From Gemmatimonadaceae bacterium (GTDB lineage: Bacteria; Gemmatimonadota; Gemmatimonadetes; Gemmatimonadales; Gemmatimonadaceae): a stretch of DNA of 36,140 bases. Location of the stretch: contig JBGAJQ010000053.1 in assembly GCA_044224875.1 (NCBI GenBank), positions 1-36,140 of the forward strand. Reading direction: 5' to 3'. The position numbers and the translations under genes are program-made. How positions within the stretch are numbered: the first letter of the stretch is position 1; every line of letters begins with the position of its first letter. Of the stretch, positions 8,533-17,101 are shown one piece after another. The notes beneath the pieces were generated by a model. The model was given only the letters and a program-made list of their open reading frames with translations. It had not been told where the DNA came from and ran no database searches.

Positions 8533-10017
8533 TCAGGTGCTCGTTCCCTGAAGTGCGGCGGCAGCCATCGCCGGAAGAGTGACGGTGAACTCCGTCCGGC
8601 CGGCGTGTGAGTCGAGGTCGATCGTCCCAGCGTGACGTCGCACGATTCGCCGCGCCACGTCGAGGCCCAGGCCCGTCCCTTGACCCACCGGCTTGGTGGT
8701 GAAGAAGGGGTCAAAGATGCGCTCCTGCAGTTCGGCCGGCACACCAGGCCCGTCATCCACAACCTTCACGGCCACGCTGTCCGCCGTTCGGGCGGCAGAG
8801 ATCTGTACCCTTCCGGCAGCTGCATCGAGCGCATTGTCCACCAGGTTGGCCCACACCTGATTGAGTTCGCCGCCAAGTCCCTCGACGGCGGGGAGGTTGG
8901 GCTCCACGTCCAGACTCACGCGAATCCCCTTCTCGCGTGCCTTGGCGTTGAGCACGAGTATCGTGTCCGTCAGGCACTTGCCGATGTCCACGGGCACTCG
9001 CGACGGAGCCTGATCCATATAGGTGAAGCCTTTCACCGCCGCCACCAGCGTGTAGATGCGCGAGGCAGCAGCTTCGATCTCCGTGGACAACTGGTGCGCA
9101 GCACATGTCGCGCTGAGCCATTGCATGGCGGCGTTCAGCTTGTCCCCATCCAGCACCTTCGCCAGGTCATCCAGCACGTCGAGTGAGATAGCACAGCGGG
9201 CCAGCGCCTCGCCGGTGGTCGGATCCACCTGATGCCGACTTAGCCAGTCGGCGACGGCGTCGTCTCGATCAAGCTGCTCGAGCGCCGAGCGTGCCACCGC
9301 CGGCGCCTCACTCAAGGTGAGCGTGCGCACCCGCTCCACGGCGTCCTGCTGCGGTGGCGTCAGGTGCAACGCCACCAGGGCTTGCGACGACCGGTCGAGG
9401 GCCGAGAGCTCAAACGACAGACGCTTGGCGCTGCTGGCCACGGCGGATGCCGGGTTGTTCAGCTCGTGTGCCAGCCCGGCGGCCAGCTTGCCAAGCGACG
9501 CCACCTTGTCTTCGTGGAGTACGGCGGCGGAAAAGCGCCGGTCACGATCGATCATCGCGTGCACGAGTGTGGCGGTGATCTCCTCGCACGCGTGTATGAG
9601 CTCGGGGACCTTCGCCCTCGGCAGCATCAAGATTTCACTCACCTCCTCGGCCACCACATCGCCCGGCGGCGCCACGAGGCGTGAGTAGGGGAGCACACCC
9701 GTCACGTCTCCGGCGCGCCAATCCATCGTCTTCTGGGCGCCGGCCCCCCGGTCCACCTGCAACACGAGGTGACCGGACAGCACCACATACAATCCGCGGA
9801 CTGGCACGCCGCGCTGCGAGAGCACGTCACCGGGCTGCAGCAACAGCAGCGCGCCACGCGTGGCGAGCCACTCCAGCTGCTCGCGCGGAGCAGGGCCCAG
9901 CACCCGGTGGGCGACCAGCCGTTCAACGAGTGGTTGGTCCGTTGCGTCGGTCAGGGTGTCACCATGAGCTTGGGCGGACTCAGAATGTAGGGCCCCGCCA
10001 CCCAATAGGAAATCCAA
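8533..10017 (-). CDS. cNMP-binding-domain sensor histidine kinase (NtrB-like, cytoplasmic)
   Basis: N-terminal cNMP-binding-like domain (LQPGDVLSQRG...LYVVLSG). H-box LAHELNNP, N-box NLVDNA, G1 DDGPG, F-box FDPFFTTK, G2 GTGLGL. Start codon uncertain. Confidence 0.9.
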   Translation of the reverse strand: MDFLLGGGALHSESAQAHGDTLTDATDQPLVERLVAHRVLGPAPREQLEWLATRGALLLLQPGDVLSQRGVPVRGLYVVLSGHLVLQVDRGAGAQKTMDWRAGDVTGVLPYSRLVAPPGDVVAEEVSEILMLPRAKVPELIHACEEITATLVHAMIDRDRRFSAAVLHEDKVASLGKLAAGLAHELNNPASAVASSAKRLSFELSALDRSSQALVALHLTPPQQDAVERVRTLTLSEAPAVARSALEQLDRDDAVADWLSRHQVDPTTGEALARCAISLDVLDDLAKVLDGDKLNAAMQWLSATCAAHQLSTEIEAAASRIYTLVAAVKGFTYMDQAPSRVPVDIGKCLTDTILVLNAKAREKGIRVSLDVEPNLPAVEGLGGELNQVWANLVDNALDAAAGRVQISAARTADSVAVKVVDDGPGVPAELQERIFDPFFTTKPVGQGTGLGLDVARRIVRRHAGTIDLDSHAGRTEFTVTLPAMAAAALQGTST

Positions 10018-10074
10018 CGGACTCGGCGGCAGCGGTGCCGGCTCGCGACCGCCTGGACAGAGGGGCCCTGCACG

Positions 10075-11634
10075 CTATCCCCCGGATGCCGGATGCGTCG
10101 CGTGCCATGTGGCGATCGCGGATCGCACCGAGTCGGAGGCGTTTGCAGTATCCGGTCCCGTTGCCGCTCCGGCCTCCATGAGGAGTCGTGCCACGCCGGC
10201 ATGGTCGTGACTACGGTTGCCGTGGAGAGACCCGTGACAGCACCAACCCAAGGGTGTGGCCCCGTAGTGGGCATCCTTAAGGGCGATCAGCGTTCGAGCG
10301 TCGGGGTGCCGAAGCAGGAGCCTAACGACTTCCTCCGACCCCTCCCAGGCCGCACAGAGAAGGGCGGTGCCGGAGTCGTGGCCTGGCGTGTGGGTCGAAC
10401 CCCAGTTCGAGCATCACGGCTACCGCTGGCGCGTCTCCCTGCCATGCGGCGTCGGCCAAGGCACGATGCGCCTCTGCGGGCAAGGATGCCACAAGGCCGG
10501 GGTGCTCGCGGGCGATGGGGCGTGCGTCCGCCGCGTCACCGCGCCGGGCGGCGAAGACCAGCCGTTGCCGGGGCGTGGCAAATGCACGCATGGCGTCCAA
10601 TGTCTCCGCCTGAGCGAACTGCGCGGCGACGTCCAGTGGCGACAGGTTCGCACCAAGCGTCCAGAAGCACCAAGCGTCCAGAAGTAGATGTGGAAGCTGC
10701 TGGGTGGTTGTTCACCGTATGCACCTTGACCCGTGCGTTCGCCGAGTAGGGAAGGGTTGGCCATCAGCATCTCACGAACGCGGCTCGTTAGGCCCAGTGC
10801 GGCGGCAAGGAAGATGTCGACCGTCGCGCCGCGCTCCACCAGGTGTTGGGCCAGGTCGTAACGACCGGCGCCGCGGTGTCGGTCCAGCATCCATTGGGCA
10901 GGTGTTGCGCGATGGTCCACGTCGCGTGCATCGATGTCGGCGCCCGCGTTCAGCAGGAGATCGACGACGACGCGCGACTTGGCGAAGTGCAAGGGTGTCT
11001 GCCCGTCACCGCCGCGTTCGTGTACGCGCGCCGGGTCCGCGGCCAACAATTCGGCCAGCACGTCCGGGCGATCGAGATGAGCAGCCGCGCACGCGTCCAC
11101 CACGGCACCCGCCGCGATGAGTCGTTCCGCGGCCTGGCCCCTGGCGCTGTGCAAGGCGTGGAAACCTCCCGCCCACCATTCGCTGCGCTGATTCGGGTCG
11201 GCGCCGAACTCCAACAGCACCTCCACCATCGCCGCGTCATTGGCGCAGGCCACGATCGGTGGTGAGTTGAACGGGAGCAGCGGGGCCTTCAGCAACTGCC
11301 GCAACGATGCGTGCTGCTTCAGGAGTTGGCGAACCGCCTTGGCATCGCGACGACCGAACGCGTCGTGTGCGCGCGCTTGGATCGTGCGCGGGTCGTCTTG
11401 TTGTGCGTCGATGTAATCCTTGAGCGCAGACCATCGCTCGAAGCCGTACTCGCGCGCGATCACGAACTGGGCATCGGCGAGGGCGATCGTTTCCTTGTCG
11501 GGAAGCTCGGCGCGCACGCGGGCGATGGCGGTGGCGTCGCGACGGCGGAACGCGTCCAGCAGGTCCTTGGCCTGGATCTTCTGCTGGTCCAGATGCGGCC
11601 GGTCTGGGAGTGACCGGCGGAACGGTGATGACAT
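10075..11634 (-). pseudogene. Ankyrin-repeat protein with N-terminal LPDRPHLDQQKIQAKDLL domain, disrupted by two frameshifts (17-bp duplication at 10651..10684 and an indel near 10385)
   Basis: AAGGAGG RBS before ATG 11634. Ankyrin motifs GGDGQTPLHFA and ATPAQWM. Removing the duplication gives HIYFWTLGANLSPLDVAAQF, and a second shift gives GHDSGTALLCAAWEG...YGATPLGWCCHG ending at TAG 10075. Confidence 0.85.
10651..10684. repeat. Perfect 17-bp tandem duplication CACCAAGCGTCCAGAAG x2
   Basis: Read directly. It causes the frameshift in the ankyrin gene. Confidence 0.95.
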
Positions 11635-11768
11635 GGAGCGCCTCCTTCGTTGACGGCCGGTGTCCGCACAAGCGGCCCGAAGAGGGCGTATGTGATGCAG
11701 CTGACGAGCGAGGATGGGCGCAGCCCTTTCCGCGGACCGGAGGCGTTCCGTGACGCCGTGCGGAAGTT
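11635..11768 (-). promoter_or_regulatory. Candidate structured 5' leader RNA of the ankyrin gene
   Basis: 7-bp outer stem (11663..11669 with 11758..11764), three internal hairpins, and a 7-nt anti-SD complementary to the RBS. Confidence 0.45.
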
Positions 11769-11842
11769 GGGTGTGGGGGCGGGGGCGCGCAACGGTGTGT
11801 GCCCCAGTCCGATTGTTTGAGGGCAGAATCGCGGTAGCGGCG

Positions 11843-11876
11843 AAAAACTGGGGAGCGCGGATTGCGCTCCCCAGTT
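11843..11876 (-). terminator. Rho-independent terminator after the lipoprotein gene
   Basis: Minus strand AACTGGGGAGCGC-AATCC-GCGCTCCCCAGTT-TTT: perfect 13-bp stem followed by a U tract, about 30 nt after stop 11908. Confidence 0.85.
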
Positions 11877-11907
11877 GTTATCAGCTGCACGGCTCGCGAT
11901 GACGGGT

Positions 11908-12660
11908 CTAGGAGCAGCTAATCGCCAGGTTGTCCGCCCACGTCGGATTGTCCGGTGAGGACACGCCGAATTGCAGGGATTGGATGTCGGCGAGGAGGAA
12001 CCCTGTCATCGGCATGACACCAGAATTGACAACCGTTCCGGTGACCAGATTGGTGGACCTGATCGCGAATCCGCCGTCTCGAACGGTGACGACGTGACGG
12101 TAAATCCCAAAGGCAGCTGGCTTGGTCGTGACTTTGAATACCGTCGACGAACTGGGGAGCGGCCACAAGGCGCCGACCAGCTCCGATCGGTAGAACTCTT
12201 CGCCGGCGGCATAGCGGTCGATCCCTTCGAGCGCGTTGAAGTATCCGGTAGTGTTGACGAAGGTGATTGTACGACCCATTCCGGACGAACCGGCGCTGAA
12301 CGTTGGGTCGCTATACGCCTCATACTGGATCCGAACTTCGTGCAGGGGTCCGGTCACAGCTCCCGGAATACTCACTGCTGTCCACCCCCCAGACTGCGAG
12401 TTAACGCGGTCGTAAATGGCACCGTTCCCTAAACCGCCCGAAGTAGTGGACGTCCAGCCGGCTGGCAGCAATCCAGCGTTGAAGGTGGTGGCAACGCCGC
12501 ACCACGGCGCCGACGCAAGGACCCCGCTACTCGCGTTCGCCGAAGTTACGCTCCCGACGGGATCGTCAACGCCAACTTTTCGGCGTGACGGCGTGGAGAC
12601 CGGATCCGAGCAGGCGACGACGATGGCCGGGACCAGGAGCAGAATTGCACGTGACGACAT
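11908..12660 (-). CDS. Hypothetical lipoprotein, beta-rich
   Basis: Start chosen at MSSRAILLLVPAIVVAC (lipobox VVAC); the ORF extends to 12717. Ser/Thr/Gly-rich beta-strand pattern. Followed by a terminator. Confidence 0.7.
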   Translation of the reverse strand: MSSRAILLLVPAIVVACSDPVSTPSRRKVGVDDPVGSVTSANASSGVLASAPWCGVATTFNAGLLPAGWTSTTSGGLGNGAIYDRVNSQSGGWTAVSIPGAVTGPLHEVRIQYEAYSDPTFSAGSSGMGRTITFVNTTGYFNALEGIDRYAAGEEFYRSELVGALWPLPSSSTVFKVTTKPAAFGIYRHVVTVRDGGFAIRSTNLVTGTVVNSGVMPMTGFLLADIQSLQFGVSSPDNPTWADNLAISCS

Positions 12661-12766
12661 GGGGGACCCCCGTTGTGGAGTTGAAGGCGCGCGCGCTCGA
12701 GCGAGAAGAAGGGCCATCTGGATCGATGCGCGCTCAACAAGAAGAGGACGGGGTGCCTACTGCGCG

Positions 12767-15700
12767 TCATCGCGCGTCAACTGACGGGGCGCGCCGTCGC
12801 CCTGACGATCCGCTGACGGTGAGAGAACGCGCTTGCCTACTCTGCCGCCTTTGCTCAAACGACAACCAATCGATGTCGTCCGGAACGCCGCGAACCACAC
12901 GTAGTGTCCCAACCAGCATCCTCGTAGCGCGACTACTCCCGCTGACAATGGCACGGACCCATCCAACGTTAGGAAGGGAAACCTGAGTAAGGGCGACCGG
13001 GGTGCCGTCTACCGCCACGCCGCACCGACCGTCGGGAAATAGCTGAATGCGCACGTGCATCGGGCGACCGGCGGACGTTCCGCGGGGGGGAGGTGAGGCG
13101 CTGAGCTCGAGGCGGCCTCCGCCCAAAGTCCCCGCGTCAAGGGAGTCGCTTTCGGGACCCTCGGTTCGAGGGTATCGAAAGAGGCAGCTGGCCTCAGGTG
13201 ACGCCCGATCGTACTCGATGCGCCGCCATGCGGTAGTGTCGGCGCCATTTGGGTCGGCCGCGAGTGAGAGTTCCGTCAGCTGCCACTGCGGTAGTGTCAG
13301 GTGCGAGGCAATGACCGCGTCCATGGCGACACCGTCGGTCGTCGGAACGCGCACGCGAGAGACGGCCCCGCTCGCAAACGATCCGTCACCGTTGTTGAGG
13401 AAGGCGGATCCAAGCGTCGCATCGCTGACTGTGATTGGTCTCGGAACTCCAAAGGGAAGCCAGTCGCGAAGTCCATTGTGCCACGTTTCTGCCAGCACCT
13501 CAGTGGGATTGCGTCGTTGGGCAATCTCGACCGCCGCGGTGTCCGCTCTCCATCCACCGGCGCTTGCCACGATCGTCACTGTGCCTTCGCGAGTACCAAG
13601 AAGTACGCCGGTGCGTGCGTCGATGGTGGCGACCGTGGTGTCCATGGAGGTCCAGCGCACATCGGTCGGCTCCGCTGTCGCACCGGTGAGATCCATGGCC
13701 GTTAGGCGGAGGCGATGCGATACTCCCGTGGAGGCTCGGCCGTTCGTCTCGATGTGTACAGATGCGATGTAGTTAGGCGGGCGACGATCGATCCACCGGA
13801 CCGCATTCACTCTGTGTAGCGAGTCCTCTGCCACCAGTCGGAAGTCGTCGAGGTGCGACAACGGAAAGACGAAGTGAGCCCCGCGAGGGTACCCCAGATG
13901 ACTACATTGGCACGAGATCCACGCGCCGTCCGGCGACGCCTCTGTCATCGAGGGCTCCACCGCGGTTGCCAGGGCACGTATGGAGCCGCTCTGAAGGTCG
14001 ACCAACACCACGTCGGTCGACATAGAATCCGTGCGCATGGCGATGACCGATCGCTCACCGTACCAAGCGAGGGGCCGACGGAGCGTTGCACGACCTGGAT
14101 CGACACAGCGCTCGTCGGCGCCGTCTACGCTGACCGTGCAGATCGTGTGGGCGCGACCGTCCCAGAACTTGCGCTGGAATACGATCGCTGTGCCATTTGG
14201 TCGCCAGACGGGAGCTCCATCGCTTTCTGGTCCACGCGTCACCTGCCTCACCTGCTGAGTCGAGAGGTCGAGGATAGCAATGTCACTCCGACTCAACTCG
14301 CTCCAGCGTGCGGTGCCGAATGCGGCCCAACGTCGATCTGGGGAGAGGGTTGGTGTTCCATCGTCTCCTGTGGTCGCGGTCAGACGTCGGGCAGTGCCGT
14401 CTGCGGCCACCGCGAACAGGTCAATGGCGCCTGAATCGCGCACGGCTCCGTATCCGATCCACTCACCCGTCGGCAGCAACCCGTTGTTGGCAAGCGGAAT
14501 GTTGCTCGCCACGCGCACACGTGGACTCTGGCGCCACCAGCTTCGAATCGCATTGGCCGACTCCCATTCGCTCCGACGAACGGAGTACACATATCCGTCG
14601 ATGCCACGGCGCGCGTTCTGTGAAAAGACGACGAACTCTGCGTCGGGTGGCACAGGCTGAAGTCGAACGAGCAGCAGGACCGCCAGACCCACCAACGGCA
14701 AGCCAGCGAGAATCGCAATCATCGCAGCGATGCGCCGCACGGAGTACAGGCCAATCCGATAGGGCAACGGAAGCCCATGCACGAGATCTTGAATCGAGGT
14801 GCGGTCGCCCTCGTCCCCGAGTGCCTCCGTCGCGAGGTCCTCATTGGGGCGACGCTCACCGCGCCGTCGCTGTCGACGGACCAGCCGAGAGAAGGCCTGC
14901 CGCGACAACTGCGCATCACCGGCTGTGGACGCGTGGCGGACAGCCGCAACCAGATCCCCTTCTTCCGCGTCGGCCGATTGCATGAGCATGCTCGCAAGGC
15001 CACGCGCCGCGGCACGCTGCGCATCCGCTGGGAATGCCTCGAGCACCGCATCGGCGATGGTATCGTGCGCGGGTAGCCATCGATCGTCAGCTCGGCGGAC
15101 AAAACCACGGCCTTCGATGACGGAGAGAATGTCTGACGCCTCCTCTGTCGAACAGCCGGCGGCCTGTGACAGTCGACTCGGTGACAACGGCGCACGGGCG
15201 AGCGACAGATGCAACAGGATCCAGGCTGCCGCACGATCCAGGCCGGATACTCGTCGTGAAATCGCTGATCCGACCCGCAAGTCCGTCACGAGGCCGACCG
15301 CGTCAACGAGTGACCATTCGCCGTCGCGCAAACGCAGCCGTCCGTGGTCAATGAGCAGTTGCAGCGTTTCCAGAATCAGAAGTGGAGACCCACCAGTCGC
15401 CTCGACCATCTCCACCGGGAAACGCGTTGCCCATTCATCTCCCGGCAGGGTACCAAGGTTGGCGATCAGCTGGTGGACACTCGCCGGCGTCAGTGCGTGC
15501 AGCGGGAGTTGCGTACTCTCGAGCTCTGAGAGGGCGACTCCTGTGGTGGGTCGGGCAGCGATGACGACCAGTATCCTCGAGGCGTCGAGTCCGCCGAGTG
15601 CCATCGAAAGAAGCGCCTTGGATGTAGGATCCGCCCAGTGGAAGTCGTCAACGAAGAGCGCCAGTGGATTCTCGTCCGATACGGCGTTGAGAAGGTCCTT

Positions 15701-16873
15701 CACGGCAAGTGCGCGACGACGCAGCGCCTCTGTTCCAGTCGCCGTGTCAGCGGGGGTCGAGATGTTCACCGGCACCGCGGGGTTGAGAGCGACGAGTGCG
15801 GCGCCTGACGGTGGCGCGATCCCGCGCGCTCCCGGAAGGCGGGCCAAGGAGGAGATCAGGTCGCCCGCGAGCGCATAGGGCACGTCGCGCTGCCACTGCG
15901 TGGCGCGAACAAATGATGTGCGTGCCCTCAGCGAGCGAAGTCGCGCCCGGAAGTCTTCCATCAGACGCGACTTCCCGAGACCAGGGGCGGCGGTGATTCG
16001 CACGACGCGAAGCCTCCCGGCGCGTGCCTCGTCCCATGCGTTGAGCAAGGCCGTGAACTCCGCCTCGCGGCCGACTAGATAGCTCGACAGCGTCTCCGGC
16101 GCCACGGGGCGTGCACTCGCTCCCGGAACGTTTCTCGCCAGCTGCACCAGCTCTCGCGTGCTGGGCTCGATGTCCATTCCCTCTGCCGCAAAGGCCGACT
16201 CGAGCTGTTGCGCACACGTGGAGGCGGCAATCGGCTGGCCTGCTGCGATGTACACCTCAAGCAAGAGCCGCCAACCGGACTCATTGAAGGGATCCGCATC
16301 CCGCACACGTGTCGCGAGTCGTTGCGCGTCCTTGAATCGTCCAACACGCAGGCGCTCCTGCGTCAGTTCATGGGCGGCGCGAACGAACAGTGAGCGGAGT
16401 CGGATGCGCTCATTCTCGGCCCAGTCTTCAAATTCGCGACAGCCTGGGCCGGCAAACAAAGCCAGGAAGTCCTCGCCGCATAGCCGAACGGCGTCTTCGT
16501 GTCGACGTTGGGCTACCGCTTCCTCGAAGTCAGCAACGTCAGACGACAGCTGGTTGCGCAACTGGATTGGATCCGATGACTCTCCGAACAGGTCGGCTCC
16601 CACCCGACGGCGAATGTACCAGAGCGCCTGTCGCAACGAATGCTTCGCTTGGTCGCGCCCCATGTCGGACCAAAGGAGATCGATCAGCGTGTCACGGGTC
16701 GCCGCGAGGTTGGGCTTGGAGTTGACGTACACCAACAGCGCCAGCGGCTTGCCGGACTCGAGCTTCACCTCGGGATCTGTCTGACCATTCAGGAGAAGCA
16801 GCCGACCTGTTCCGAATGCCGTAAGGCGCAGGCGCGGCATTGAGCCGACAAGTTGACTCGCGGTTGTGGGCAT
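12767..16873 (-). CDS. SARP/BTAD transcriptional regulator with AAA (STAND-like) ATPase, one TM helix, TolB/PD40-like propeller, Big_2 Ig-like and C-terminal beta-sandwich domain
   Basis: wHTH KPLALLVYV...TRDTLIDLLW...SLRQALWYIRR and BTAD DPFNESGWRLLLE. LVGREAE, Walker A APGLGKS, Walker B LFVDD. TM IAAMIAILAGLPLVGLAVLLLV. PD40-like PTLSPDRRW and PVWRPNG. Big_2 VRWTSMDTTVATID. Confidence 0.85.
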   Translation of the reverse strand: MPTTASQLVGSMPRLRLTAFGTGRLLLLNGQTDPEVKLESGKPLALLVYVNSKPNLAATRDTLIDLLWSDMGRDQAKHSLRQALWYIRRRVGADLFGESSDPIQLRNQLSSDVADFEEAVAQRRHEDAVRLCGEDFLALFAGPGCREFEDWAENERIRLRSLFVRAAHELTQERLRVGRFKDAQRLATRVRDADPFNESGWRLLLEVYIAAGQPIAASTCAQQLESAFAAEGMDIEPSTRELVQLARNVPGASARPVAPETLSSYLVGREAEFTALLNAWDEARAGRLRVVRITAAPGLGKSRLMEDFRARLRSLRARTSFVRATQWQRDVPYALAGDLISSLARLPGARGIAPPSGAALVALNPAVPVNISTPADTATGTEALRRRALAVKDLLNAVSDENPLALFVDDFHWADPTSKALLSMALGGLDASRILVVIAARPTTGVALSELESTQLPLHALTPASVHQLIANLGTLPGDEWATRFPVEMVEATGGSPLLILETLQLLIDHGRLRLRDGEWSLVDAVGLVTDLRVGSAISRRVSGLDRAAAWILLHLSLARAPLSPSRLSQAAGCSTEEASDILSVIEGRGFVRRADDRWLPAHDTIADAVLEAFPADAQRAAARGLASMLMQSADAEEGDLVAAVRHASTAGDAQLSRQAFSRLVRRQRRRGERRPNEDLATEALGDEGDRTSIQDLVHGLPLPYRIGLYSVRRIAAMIAILAGLPLVGLAVLLLVRLQPVPPDAEFVVFSQNARRGIDGYVYSVRRSEWESANAIRSWWRQSPRVRVASNIPLANNGLLPTGEWIGYGAVRDSGAIDLFAVAADGTARRLTATTGDDGTPTLSPDRRWAAFGTARWSELSRSDIAILDLSTQQVRQVTRGPESDGAPVWRPNGTAIVFQRKFWDGRAHTICTVSVDGADERCVDPGRATLRRPLAWYGERSVIAMRTDSMSTDVVLVDLQSGSIRALATAVEPSMTEASPDGAWISCQCSHLGYPRGAHFVFPLSHLDDFRLVAEDSLHRVNAVRWIDRRPPNYIASVHIETNGRASTGVSHRLRLTAMDLTGATAEPTDVRWTSMDTTVATIDARTGVLLGTREGTVTIVASAGGWRADTAAVEIAQRRNPTEVLAETWHNGLRDWLPFGVPRPITVSDATLGSAFLNNGDGSFASGAVSRVRVPTTDGVAMDAVIASHLTLPQWQLTELSLAADPNGADTTAWRRIEYDRASPEASCLFRYPRTEGPESDSLDAGTLGGGRLELSASPPPRGTSAGRPMHVRIQLFPDGRCGVAVDGTPVALTQVSLPNVGWVRAIVSGSSRATRMLVGTLRVVRGVPDDIDWLSFEQRRQSRQARSLTVSGSSGRRRAPSVDAR

Positions 16874-17101
16874 CTGACGGCCGATTGACGTCGAAGGGTT
16901 GAATTCGGGGTGGCACCGAACTCAACCCCGGCCGTTGGCGCGTGGGAATGGACCTTCGCTTGGTTGGCACCACGAAGGTATGGGGCAGCTGGGAACGCAA
17001 CAAGGCGCGCAACGGCAGGGGCCTCGGCGTTTGGTTGGTGCTGGCGTCGATGGCGCCGGTGACTCGGCGTTGTCTGCTTCGAGGCCGGACTTCAGGACGG
17101 C

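Noticed and set aside
10651..10684. Direct repeat as a possible CRISPR remnant or target-site duplication
   Set aside because: Only two adjacent 17-bp copies with no spacer or inserted element, and no cas or transposase gene.
16911..16980. TGGCAC as a sigma54 -24 box (twice)
   Set aside because: No TTGC -12 element at the correct spacing. Better explained as hairpin loops.
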